DNA of 64,000 nucleotides from contig OX597830.1 in assembly GCA_951406725.2 (NCBI GenBank), forward strand, positions 72,974,001 to 73,038,000. The letters run 5' to 3'. Made by a program: the position numbers and the translations under genes. The notes beneath the pieces were generated by a model. That model saw only the letters and a list, made by a program, of their open reading frames with translations, did not search any database and was not told the origin of the DNA. The DNA is from Octopus vulgaris. Taxonomy: Eukaryota. Positions 1-12,680 of the stretch are shown here, piece after piece. Positions within the stretch are counted from its first letter, which is position 1. Each line of letters opens with the position of its first letter.

Positions 1-61
1 GTATGTATGTATGTATGTATGTATGTATGTATGTATGTATGTATGTATGTATGTATGTATG

Positions 62-95
<34 letters not shown>

Positions 96-167
96 TGTAT
101 GTATGTATGTATGTATGTATGTATGTATGTATGTGTGTATGTATGGATGGATGTATGTATGTATGTA
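1..167. repeat. (TATG)n microsatellite
   Basis: Near-perfect GTAT tandem array; source of the MYVC ORFs. Confidence 0.97.
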
Positions 168-519
168 TACGTGCAGATTTGTATGTTTTATGTATTTATT
201 TTCATGCATATAATTGCATTTCTAGACATGTTCATATATACTTAAATGATAAACTTCTGGAAAGTTTTACAGATGTTTACAGTTCCAGTGATGGACTGGA
301 TCTGTAGTCTTCAAATCAGCTTTCGCCTTTCTGGCTTCATTTCTTAAGATTGGTATTTAGGCAGTGTGTTACATATCCCAGTACACCAATAATTACAAGT
401 ATAAACGTGAACTGTATGTATGTGTACATGCATGCATGTGTATATGTATGAATGTATGTATGTATGTATGTGTGTGTGCGTTTCTGTGTGTGTATGTGTG
501 TGTGTGCGCCTGTTTATTT

Positions 520-1260
520 ATATCGCTCATGCCGGTAATTTCCCGGGATAAAACATGATTACCGTGAGATTTAACTTCTGTGGACCGGCACGTGACACTG
601 TTGTCCAATACAGGAACCACAATTCCATCCGCAGCCCGGGGATGTCTTATGTTTTGTTAGACGTTTCACTCTACTTCCTGTGACTTGTGGAGGCACAAGG
701 CCTAGTGGTTACAGCAGCGGACTCGCGGTCAAGGGATCGCGCGTTCGAATCTCAGACCGGGTGATGTGTGTGTTTATGAGCGAAAACACCTAAGCTCCAC
801 GCGGCTCCGGCAGAAGGTAATGGCGAAACTTCTGCTGACTCTTTCGCCACAGCTTTCTCTCACTCTTTCCTCCTGCATCTTGCAGCTCACCTACGACGGA
901 CCGGCGTCCCGTCCGGGTGGGGATCCTATACGCTAAGGAAACCGGGAAACCGGCCTTATGAGCAAGGCGTGGCTCGACAAGGAACAAAACAAAACTTCCT
1001 GTGTCTACACTTACTGTTAAGGTATTGGTTACGCTTTCAGACAAAACGTTGTGTTTCAGCATAGGAGATTTGTCTCTAACTTTGTTGGTTATTCTCCAAC
1101 GATTCCTCCACCCATACATATTTTCACCACCTTTTCCAAACTTCTTTCGTGTACCTCTTTGAACAGCTTCATTCGCCCTCCTAGCGTGCACTTGTCTTGA
1201 TTCTGCTGCCAGTAACACAATAGCTAGATTGCATTGTAAATTTTCTTTCATCACTCTTCT
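520..1260 (-). mobile_element. Highly decayed RTE-like LINE fragment (endonuclease-RT linker), split by a SINE
   Basis: Joining across the TSD gives VDTGSRVKRLTKHKTSPG / ADGIVVPVL...GNHVLSREI, resembling the K.GKAPGPDGI.AEML motif that precedes the RT domain; frameshifted. Confidence 0.3.
687..993 (+). mobile_element. tRNA-derived SINE group A, tail type 1 (tRNA-Arg-like head)
   Basis: A box GGCCTAGTGG, B box GTTCGAATC, TCG at the anticodon position, AAC-rich tail; 10-bp TSD ACTTCCTGTG at 673-682 and 994-1003. Confidence 0.9.
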
Positions 1261-3441
1261 CGTGATAAATATTTTCGTCTCACTTTCTATACAAATATAT
1301 CTAACAAAACTACTTTAAATTAAATGCTTCTTCCGAAAGTTTATTCGCATATATGCGTGAAAGCGTGTGTGTATGTGTAAGCAAGTGTGTTTAAACGTGT
1401 GGATGATTATGGGTATTAGTGGATGCACCTTGTGTATGTTTGTTGAGTCTTACGTATTATAGGTCTGTGTGTGTATGTGTGTGTGTGTATGTGTGCTTGT
1501 GTGCTTCTGTGTGTACGCTTGTGCGTATGTGATAGGTCTTCTGAACAACCAGCCAATCAATTTCTCTATCACTCTCTAAGAAGATATTTCCATTAAAGTT
1601 TTCGTAGGAAATACGACGTGAGTGTTTATGATGCTCGCGAGACTTAAACTGGTTAAATGTGATAAAGGAAAGATAACTGTTGTGGGGGGACAATATGTCT
1701 CCCTCGTGTACCGTACACTATCAGACATGCAATATACAGTCTGAAGCGAGAGCGAGCTGTCCATCGACTGACTAAAAGATGTAGGAAGCAAAGGAAAGTG
1801 TGTGAAGGGGGAACGAGTCGATTCATTACTTTCACTTCAATTTCGTTCATACAATCATCACACTTGTTGTTGCATTCGTTGTTGTTGTTGTTGTTAAAAT
1901 TGTTGTTGTTTTCGTAGTTAAATTTGCTGTTGTTGTTGTTGTTTTAACATTGCTCATGAGGTAGTAAAATTTGAAAATTGCTCCAGATTATTAATTCTCT
2001 CTTAAAACATTTCAAAGAAAATTGTTTAAACCATCTCAATTTAACAATACGAGCTGAGCTTAACGGCAACGCCAACACCGCCACCAACCAACTTTAACTA
2101 AAACTGTGAACACCATCACCACTACCACTTCCGCCACCACCACCGCCATGACCACTAATACCACCTCCACCGAAATTAATAGCGGCGCCACGACAACAAC
2201 TTCCATACGGTTTGCTAGAAATAGCAGCATGAATTCTTTAAATTCAAGCCTTACTCGTTTTAATATAATGAATAGGGGTACATTAGAATATGCAATGTTC
2301 GATATTACCAAAAAGTCGATATGGTCACGGCTGTATTGAGTTTGATAATTGGTCAGCTCGATCAAGTGCGACATGATTTTAAATGCCGACGTCAACAGCA
2401 AACACAGTATAGATCAACCTACTAAAAATAGTAGCCAAATCTCGCTCAAAATTATACGTTAACAATTTCAGAAAAATTGTCTCAGTCACTGTGTTTCTAG
2501 TACCCTCTACATGGGAAAAATAGGTCTAATGTATCAAGGCACATGTAGGTTCAAAAAAAAAAAAAAGAAGAAAATATAAAAGCGCTGAACAAGTCCCACT
2601 TCTGTTACATCACTTCCCGACCTCTGAAGGCAGAAAGGCGAAGTTGGCAGTTGAGCTCAGCTGGATTTGATCTCAGAAGTTAAATAAACGTAACAGAACT
2701 ACTTCATTCATTTTGTCTGGTAATCTTCGGAACTTACCAAATAACTACCTTCATGTTTCAACTACATTTACCTATGCCGTAAAATTATAGCTATAAAAAT
2801 ATGCCCACACATTTTGTTGGGATTAGGAAGGAATTTATTGATTAATTCGAATAAGTAGCTTATCTACCTAGGAATGAGGAAATATAAATTGATGCCGGCA
2901 TGATTTGAACTCAGAACCTATCGACACATTGGGTGGTTGATTTCATGAGTCGTTAGAGTATTTGTGATATTAGTCCGGTGTTCTGTGTTTATAACACGCC
3001 GAGAGGTAACCTCGATTTTCATCGTTCTGGGATCGTTGAAATAAAGTACCATTCAAGTACTCGAGACAATACAGTACCCTTCAAGTACTCGAGCCAAACA
3101 CCCCCACCCCATTATCTCTCTTTCACTCTCTTCCCCCCTATCTCTCTCTCTCTTTCTCTCATTCATTCATTGAATACGTTTTGAAGAAAACTTTACTAAG
3201 CCCCCATGTAGTCGCAACCACCTGCTGCAAATGGAAAATACATTCTGCATCATCAAAAAGAATACGCAGTCAAAGAATATTAATAAACAAAATCAATAAT
3301 CAATGTTTTCATATATATTAACAGTACTGATAAAGAGAAAGTGAGAGATAATCATCGTTTGAATGGAACTCAGCAGTGATCTACACCTTATGTTAGACGT
3401 GAGGCTGAAGAGCAGTAGCGGCAACAGAAACAAAAATTACA

Positions 3442-3878
3442 AAGGCGGCGAGCTGGCAGAAACGTTAGCACGCCGGGCGAAATGCGTAGCCGTATTTCAT
3501 TTGCCGCTACGTTCTGAGTTCAAATTCCGTCGAGATCGACTTTGCCTTTCATCCTTTGGGGATCGATAAATTAAGTACCAGTTACGCACTGGGGTCGATA
3601 TAATCGACTTAATCCGTTTGTCTGTCCTTGTTTGTCGTCTCTGTGTTTAGCCCCTTGAGGGTAGTAAAAAAATAAGTATTTCGTCTGCCGCTACGTTCTG
3701 AGTTCAAACTCCGCCGAGGTCGACTTTGCCTTTCATCCTTTCGGGGTCGATTAAATAAGTACCAGTTACGCACTGGGGTCGATGTAATCAACTTAATCCC
3801 TTTGTCTGTCCTTGTTTGTCCCCTTTGTGTGTAAACCCTAGTGTGCAGTAAAGAAATAGGTATTTCGTCTGCCGCTAC
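3442..3878 (+). mobile_element. SINE group C with tandemly repeated 184-bp body
   Basis: Head GGCGGCGAGCTGGCAGAAACG, B box GAGTTCAAATTCC, central GTCGACTTTGCCTTTCATCCTTTCGGGGTCGA; body restarts at 3493, 3677 and 3861. Confidence 0.9.
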
Positions 3879-4573
3879 AGGTTAGTGTCCTATTGGTCTG
3901 ATGCACTTTAGTTTTCCTAGGGTCCAGGTGCACTTTAGTGTCCTATGATCCAGATGCAGTTTAGTGTCCTAGGATCCAGATGCTGCTCAGTTTCCTAGGG
4001 TCTTGATGCTCTTAAGAGTCCTAGGATCATGATGCACTTTAGTGTCCTAGGGTCGTGGTGCACTTTAGTTTCCTATGGTCTAGATGCACTTTAGTGTCCT
4101 GTGGTCCAGATTCTTTTTGGTTCCCTAGTGTCCAGATGGAGTTTAGTGTCCTAGGGTCCTAATGCAGTTTAGAGTCCTATGGCCCTGATGCACTTTAGTG
4201 TCCTACGATCCACATGCAGTTTAGTGTCCTATGGTCCAGAGGCAGTTTTAGTATCCTATGCTCCAAATGCAGTTTAGTGTCCTATGGTCCAAATGCACTT
4301 TAGTGTCCTAGTGTCTACATGCAGTTTAGTGTCCTACGGTCCTTGTACACTTTATTTCCTAGGGTCAAGGTTCACTTTCGTGTCGTATGGTCCAGATGCA
4401 GGTTAGTGTCCTAGGGTCCAGATACAGTTTAGTGTCCTAGGGTCCAAATGTAGTTTAGTCTCCTAGGGTTCTGATGCAGTTTAGTGTCCCAGGTGCATTT
4501 GGAACATAGGTTAATAAACTGCATCTGGACCCTAGGACACTAAACTGCATCGGGACCCTAGGACACTAAACTG
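3878..4573. repeat. 26-bp minisatellite (consensus TTTAGTGTCCTAGGGTCCAGATGCAG), about 23 direct units then about 3 inverted units
   Basis: Diverged units visible directly; orientation switches at ~4493 to CTGCATCTGGACCCTAGGACACTAAA. Confidence 0.92.
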
Positions 4574-4775
4574 ATGTAGTTCGTTTCCCTCGTTTTTATA
4601 TGTACCCGACATTATTTTCGTATTTCATGTCTTTTCATATTTTTGTAACGTCCTGTACTGATATATGCATTGCTATATACATATATACGCATTTATGTAC
4701 ACATGTGTGTCTAAATATGCATATTTATATATTCTCTCTCTTTCTCTCTCTCTCTCTATATATATATACATATAC

Positions 4776-4841
<66 letters not shown>

Positions 4842-5019
4842 ATATATATACTGCGGCCGTCTTTTGGTTACCGTCTACCATATCCAATCGCAAGGATTTG
4901 ACCGCCTTGAGAAGAAATCACTTGGCCAAAGTGCCACGTAGTGAGATTGAACGCGGAACCATGTTGCTGATAGGTAAACATTTTATCACACATATACACG
5001 GTTAAACTTAGAGTGAAAG

Positions 5020-5517
<498 letters not shown>

Positions 5518-5779
5518 GCGATGCGTATGGAAAAATGTACGACGCATGTTTCTATCGATTACAGCATCTTTCTTCCAGTATCTTCCACGAATTTGATGAA
5601 TGCCTTGGATTCGTTTTATATTATGAAGAACCATATTCGTCTTTATATTCTCTGGAATTTCTACTGCTGTGTTTTAGCTACGGGAGAAATTTTAATCAAA
5701 ACTTAATATAGAATTTTGGAATATTTCTAATAAAGAGAACCAAAGCAAATTCGTCATTATCGTAATGATAATTATTGAT

Positions 5780-5887
5780 TTCATCTTCATCGTCGTCATC
5801 ATTATCAGTGTTGTCGTCGTCGTCGTTGCCATCATCATCATCGTCGTCATCATCGTCATCATCATCATCATCATCATTCATCATCAC

Positions 5888-5924
<37 letters not shown>

Positions 5925-6135
5925 GTCATCATCATCGTCATCATCAGTATCATCATCATTAGTGTTATCGTGTTCTCCATCATCATGACCAGCTTCATCA
6001 TCGTTGTCATCGTCTTTCACAGCCCCCACTTATAATCATAATCCTTGTTTTCATCGTCGTTGACGTCCTCTTCCTAGTCATCGTTCTCATCATCACCACC
6101 ACCATCAGCAGCAGTATCTTCATCGTCGTTGTCAT
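5780..6135. repeat. (CAT)n/(CGT)n triplet microsatellite
   Basis: Direct inspection; source of the poly-M/D/H ORFs. Confidence 0.93.
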
Positions 6136-6483
6136 GTAAAATAACTACCATAATAGGAACATTCCAAGAGCAAAAATTGCAATAAAAATATATTAATTTT
6201 TAAAAAAAATTATATTAAAAAAGGTGATGATGGAATTTTACTCTCTTCTTCCATTCAACTTCAATACATTAATATCAATTGAGCAGGCAGATTTGCTAGC
6301 GCCTCAGACAAAAGTTCTCAGAGTTCCGTGCTTTATGTTAGGGGAACCAGTGCCACCACAGTAAACTTTGCTTTCACTGTTTCAGGGTGGATAAATAAAG
6401 TAGCTGTTAAGTACCGATGTCGATGTAATCAAATCGCCCTCCTACCTTCAAAATTTCTGGCTTTGAGGCAAAATTAGAAAGAA

Positions 6484-6526
<43 letters not shown>

Positions 6527-6589
6527 ATTATTATGACTTTAAGGCAGCAAACAAACAGTATTTATAGAATGCAGGGCAAAATGGTTAGC

Positions 6590-6632
<43 letters not shown>

Positions 6633-7085
6633 GTAAGCATATTTATATACGTCTATATGCAAACACGGCGCACTTTCACGATGAAATTCTTTGAAATGGT
6701 ATTGTTCGGTATGCGTTGTGGTAGAAAACACTTGCCCAAAATGCTATGCAGTGAGACTGTATCCGAAATCTAGTGTTGCAAAGCAAGCCTCTTTACCACA
6801 TGGCCATGCCAGCACAAAAATATTTCAGCTCGGTAGGAAAAACGGAACTCAGTACATAAGCTGGGGAATACTTTGTTAGTCTAAGTCAGAGTGTTATAGC
6901 CAAACTGGAAAATTTCCTATCAGAATATACTACCTATAATATTACTTACATTATTCGGCAGGAATTTGAAAGCATGTCTCGTGGATTGAGTTTCCCTCAT
7001 CAAATTATGCGTGTGAGTTTATGCATGTGCGTGTGTGTATGATCAAATGTATTAAAGCTATGAACAAGTCATATTCTGGTATATT

Positions 7086-7314
7086 TTAAACATTTAACAT
7101 TCAAGCAATTGCGTCAAATATAATGATAAATTGTTTACAAGGTCTTAAATTAATCATGCTTTACCTTGTAGCTTCAAGTTTTCAAAGATATAATTGCTTA
7201 TTTCTAGAATGACAATATTGCGTAGGTTTGAGAGGTTAGATCTGGCCAGATTCAACACCAAAAAAGGGAGAATATTTCGGCCTAGCATCGCCAGTTCAAA
7301 TATTCAAGGTTTAA
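7086..7314. mobile_element. Degraded piggyBac-like MITE
   Basis: TTAA at both ends and imperfect terminal inverted repeats TTAAACATTTAACATT / AATATTCAAGGTTTAA. Confidence 0.4.
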
Positions 7315-7545
7315 AATCACGTGGGACCAATGAGTCATACATTTTATAAAACGTATTTTTTGTTGATGTTATCCCTATGAATTTATTATGCTCAAATCGT
7401 TGCTCTTCTTTCATCCTAGACCATCATTTATCTTGGATCGAGCACACTTACAAGCAATGATATTCCAGCTGTGACCATTTCCACATATCTCCTGTATATC
7501 TGGAACTTGGAAACACATTAACCAGTGTAGTATGTCCGATTTAGT

Positions 7546-7840
7546 GAAGGCGTATAGTTCAGTGGTTAGATCATCGAGTTCACAATCATGAGATAGCGAG
7601 TTCGATTCCCGGACCGGGCAGTGTTGCATTCTTGAGTAAGATACTTTATTTCACGTTGATCCAGTTCACTCACCTATAGAAATGAGTTGCGACATCTCAG
7701 ATGCCAAGCTGAATCCGCTTTTGTCTTTCCTTTGGATAACTTCGGTGGCATGCAGAGGGGACGTTGCTCGATATGTGCCTTGGTTGGTAACTTTCTTGGT
7801 GCGGCTCCATGGTCATTCATGACTGAAGGAGATCTTTACG
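7546..7840 (+). mobile_element. tRNA-derived SINE group A' (CORE/V-like middle), distinct tail
   Basis: B box GAGTTCGATTCCC; middle TTCTTGAGTAAGATACTTTATTTCACGTTG shared with copies at 43082 and 53133; same tail recurs inverted near 35219-35290. Confidence 0.75.
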
Positions 7841-8190
7841 CTGTGATTTTAAAGAAATTTCGCTGCTATTTCTAATAGATCTGGACATCATACAGAGGCT
7901 CTGTTTTTGACCCGAGCTTCCTACCGGTGGTCTCAACTAATTACAGAATCTTTATTAATGCCATTAATATAAAATATTTTCATTATAATTATATTATATT
8001 CATTACGTAAAGTCATTTTTCATTGCATTCTATGTATTGTTTTATTAATGAAAATAGATGAGGAAACAAAAAATACTAACATTTAAAAATTCGAAATGTG
8101 AACATTTATTGGCACATTTGGATCACGAATACTATAACAATTACCACTTTTGTTAATGCTGTTCTCGTTGTTGCTACTACTGCTGCTGCT

Positions 8191-8269
<79 letters not shown>

Positions 8270-8689
8270 TTTAATCGCAGGCCGTGAGTTTTGTTTACTT
8301 ACTCTATATGATTAACGAGCAAAACGCCCCCACACCCACCCACGTCAAATGGACGGTACTGAGTTGTCAAACATTTAAACCAAATTTTCTCAAAACAACT
8401 TGTCCGACCGCCCCATAGGTCTCCCTTTTGAGAAACACTGATTTAACCAAAATTTGCGACACCAGCAAAAGAAGAAATAACGATAGACTTTTTTTTTCTA
8501 TTTCAAAGAAAAACGATTTTATTCACACAAATATGCAACCGAAGAGTTTAAAGTACCAGTAATGATAAAGCTGTTGACTGGGAGAACACAAACATGGTTT
8601 AAACAGTAAGCTTGGCAGGAAAGAAATGTGCCTTTAAACAGTACAAAAACAACAAAAAATGGAAGGTGCAGTTATGTACAGGTTGACGG

Positions 8690-8882
8690 AAGAAAAAGCA
8701 GGACATAATCGGCTTTATCGATCGCATTCTCACCTGGAATCGATTTTTGTAATTTTTCCAAGACTTATACACGCCCTGATACCGTCGGTATCTACATATC
8801 AAATTTGAGCGCAATCGGATGGAGGATGCTCGAGATCCTAGAAGACACACACAGACAGACAGAACGGATTTTATATAATAGT
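8690..8882 (+). mobile_element. Probable non-autonomous Helitron-like element end
   Basis: CAAATTTGAGCGCAATCGGATG...ACACACAGACAGACAGAACGGATTTTATATAATAG layout resembles such elements; pattern recognition only. Confidence 0.35.
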
Positions 8883-9229
8883 TACCTAGAAACATATCAA
8901 ATTTCACGATTTAAATGATGATGGAGTATCTGTTATTTCTAGCAGGTTGAACGATCATGTACGTGTTCCCTCGTTGATTCCTCTTATAAAAATGTATTTC
9001 TTTACATGTTGCAAAGGTTCCATCTCAATTAAAACGTATTAGGTGCAACCGATGGAGTTGATCGTAAAGCATGTACAGTAATTGAACAGAATCTGGTCAG
9101 AATCCGTAGAGCCTTGGGTGAAAAGATTTCCATCATAAAATCATATTCCTTTAGCTTTGAGTTCCATTCTAATCAGAAACTCTCTTGGAATTTTATCATA
9201 CTGGAATTCGTAGGACCAACTATCGAATA

Positions 9230-9494
9230 CGAAGTTTAGAGTAGCGAATGGTAGAGTGAAGAGTCAGTAGGGGTGCCAGGGTTGTAAGAGGGGATACAGT
9301 TCAGGGGAGCAGAGACCATCATAGCAGAGAAAGAAAAGACAGAGACCAGAGACAGATCACCAGTTGTCCAGGTGCTGGAGTCAGTCTGTTGAGAACGAAA
9401 TGCCAGTTAACCGAGTAACCCACTTCTAGATGCGACCCAGAATGTCAGTGTGTGTAGCAGTAACCTCATCCCAGATGAGAGAGAAGTATTCCAT
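9230..9494 (-). mobile_element. CR1/Jockey-group LINE ORF2 C-terminal remnant
   Basis: MEYFSLIWDEVTATHTDILGRI*KWVTRLTG...LQHLDNW*SVSGLCLFFLCYDGLCSPEL matches the post-RT pattern MEYCSHIW...LDRIQ.RA.RL...LQPL..RR.V..L.LFY.YY.G.CS.EL; internal stops. Confidence 0.8.
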
Positions 9495-9719
9495 ATTCGT
9501 GTGTGTCTGTGTGTCTGTGTGTCTGTGTCTGTGTATATGTGTGTGTACTTCCATGTTTGCATGTATGTATGTATGTATGTATGTATGTATGTATGTATGT
9601 ATGTATGTATGTGTGAATATATGTGTAAATGTATGTATGTGTCTGTGTATACGTATACATACATGCGTGTGCGTGTGCACGCGTGTGTGAATCGTTATTG
9701 TTATCATTGTTATTGTTAG

Positions 9720-10310
9720 GGGCCAACCAGGCAGAATCATTAGCATGCCGGGCAAAATGCTTAGTGACCTTTCTTTCGTCTTTACATTCTGAGTTGAAAT
9801 TCCGCCAAGGTCGACTTTACTTGTCATCCTTGCGGGCTCGAAACACTGGGGTCGTTGTAATCAACTAGTCCCTTCCCCCAATATTTGCCTTTAGTAGAAT
9901 AGATTAATATTGTTATCGTTAGGCGGTGAACTGGCATGACGAGTAAAATACTTACCGTCATTTCGTCTATCCTTCCATTCTGGGTCGATTTACGCCGAGG
10001 TCGACTTTGTTTCTTTCGTGGTCGATAAATTAAGTACCATTGGTGTAATCAGCATTGGTGAAATCAACTGTTGAGACCATTGTTATTGATATCGTTAAGG
10101 TGAAGGCAGTGAGAAGGTAGTGTTATTTGTACGCCGGACAAAATGCCGCTAAGCATTCTGTCCATCTTTACGGTCTGAGTCCAAATATCATGGAGGTAGA
10201 CGTTGCTTTTCATCGTTTCAGAGTCGATAAAATAAAGTACCAGTAATGGTGTCGGCCTAATCAGGTGGTTCCCTCCTCTCATATTTGCTGGACTCTTGTC
10301 AAATTTACAA
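9720..10310 (+). mobile_element. Cluster of three degraded group C SINE copies
   Basis: Repeated GCCGAGGTCGACTTT...GTCGATAAA..AAGTACC cores. Confidence 0.75.
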
Positions 10311-10974
10311 AACAAATATTTTAACCATAATAAATATTTTAACCTTTTTACATTTTATTTTTCTGCAGTCTGCGGTTACGTTCTTTAATGACGTTGCAAT
10401 AAGGAATGTGGCAAAACTGCTATCCAGAGGCGCAGTATACGGTGGCACGAGTGCAATAATAGTAAATAAATATTAATTCATTGAAGAGAACACACGCATG
10501 CCAAACATTGCAGACAAGACCAAATAACTGAACAACCACCTCCTAGGCACTTTACTCGAAGAATAACTCTGACTACCTGCTGTGAATTCTTCATAAAATT
10601 CTAATTAAATAAGGTATTTAATTTACTTTAACTCTGCTCGTTCTTCTTCAGTATATATTTTTTTCTTTTGCCGCTGAAGTTATTTTTTAATTTCTTATTT
10701 TATTCTTAATTCCCATTTATTTTGCTGCGTGCTTCTTTTGGATTCATATAAACACATTAAAATTTCAAGACTGAACAAGAACATCAACAAAGAAAGCAAG
10801 AATCGCATTTTCTCATCATTCCCATTTGTAACCATCAGCGCGCCAGCTCTTGCTTAACCATCACCGCTATGATCACCATAAACACATCTGATAGCGGCAG
10901 GCAACGCCACTGAAATTATTGCTCCACTGCCAGTGTACTCTTACTATTTCCATCACCGCTATCACGCTACATCA

Positions 10975-11127
10975 AACTCTCTCTCCCTTTCTTTCTCTCT
11001 CTTTCTTTCTCTCTCTCTCTCTCTTTCTCTATCTATCTATCTATCTATCTTTTTCTCTCTCTCCCTCTCTCTCTCTCAGGCTATCTATTCATCTATCTAT
11101 CTGTCTGCCTGTCTGGCTCGCTGGCTT

Positions 11128-11217
<90 letters not shown>

Positions 11218-11300
11218 AACCTATCTATCTATCTATCTACTTATCTACACACCTACAAATACTCCACACAAGCATATATATATACACACACACACACACA
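10975..11300. repeat. (CT)n/(CTAT)n/(CA)n compound microsatellite
   Basis: Direct inspection. Confidence 0.95.
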
Positions 11301-11475
11301 CAATTTATTAAAAGGCAATAAAAATATCACAAAAACTGTTGCTCGGAGTTTCCCGTTCCCGTTCTTCAGACAGTTTTATTAATATATCTACGTATGTTTC
11401 TACGTATAAGAATTTTACCGCGGCAGCTTTTAACATGAACTAGCAAATAAATAAATAAATAAATAAATATGTAAA

Positions 11476-11800
11476 AGGTGAAGGTGTGGTTGTGTGCTGA
11501 GAAGTTTGTTTCCCACCAACAGGGTTTCGGGATCAGTCCCATCGCGTGACACTCGGGCAAGTGTCTTCTACTATAGCCGAGGGCTGACCAAATTTGTTCG
11601 ACGGAAAGTGAAAAGCCTGCCATAAATATGTGTGTGTGCGCGCGTGAGCATGTGTTTTTTTTTGTGTTGGTCTCTCACCACTGGTTGACAACCGGTGTTG
11701 TTGTGTCTATGTCCCTAGGAAAGCGATAGAATAAGTATCAGGCTTTAAGAAAAAAGTGCCCCAGCATGGCCGAAATCTAGTGAATGAAAAGAGTAAAAGA
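11476..11800 (+). mobile_element. SINE group B, degraded
   Basis: GGGCAAGTGTCTTCTACTATAGCC core and GTGCCCCAGCATGGCC tail. Confidence 0.8.
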
Positions 11801-12625
11801 TTAAAGATATCTTACATAACGAGGATAGACTATAAAAAGCTATAAAACTGTTATATTCGTCTTGTAGATGCATTTCGTATAGACGTTAAATGCTAAAGAG
11901 CACAAGAATCACAGCAGAAGACGAAAATCATCCAGCAGCGGTGGGGGTCATTATTAAATACGGATTTCTGTCTCATTGCGGATCATCAGTAGCAAATATT
12001 CACTAACCAGCGCATGTATAGACAAATTTACCCTCTATTAACATAGAAAATGAGTGATTAACGAATCACTGGCGTCTGTCGTATACACAGAATGTTATTT
12101 TGAAATAATACTGCTTCCATCGCTAATAACAAATACATAGATAAATGCATGAAATAAATACCTAAATAAACAAAGAGAAACCTACATTAATCAAAATGTG
12201 ATGATCTAAACGGGTATCATGTTATTATTTGAATTTCGTTTTCTCTACTCAGTAGGCCTGGGACAATGTGGGTGGCAAGAATTACGTGAAGTATTTTTAA
12301 GCAGGAAAACAAGACAAACACAAAAGTTTAAAATTCTCTACGGTTTGCTTTTTCGTTTTTTTTTTCTTTACGTCTTTTTTCACGGCCGGTGGGGGGCGTA
12401 AATGTTCTACTTTGACCACCAACGTAGGTCTCGTGATTTGAATAAAAACCTGTGGATTCCTTTCAACATCCGCTAAAATGGTGTGACATATGTATTGTGT
12501 CTATTTAAACCGATGTCATCTTAACCCGCCTTGCTAGGTTTCATGAGGTAACTTACATGCAACATATTTCTATAGATATAAAAGAAAAGGCAGAGGATCC
12601 TAACGCTGTCTAATTTGGTCTTTTA

Positions 12626-12680
<55 letters not shown>

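Noticed and set aside
243-320. Minus-strand hammerhead-like geometry (TTGAAGA...TAAAACTT..AAGTTTA)
   Set aside because: The essential G of GAAA is absent and stem I is only 3 bp
687-765. Functional tRNA genes at SINE heads (also 16265-16338, 50369, 53138, 54335, 61705)
   Set aside because: They continue into SINE bodies, often with TSDs, and I could not form a proper acceptor stem
3878-4573. CRISPR array
   Set aside because: Units are contiguous with no unique spacers, there are no cas genes, and the context is eukaryotic
11959-11992. Minus-strand CTGATGA...GAAATCCGTA hammerhead
   Set aside because: Stems I and II do not pair
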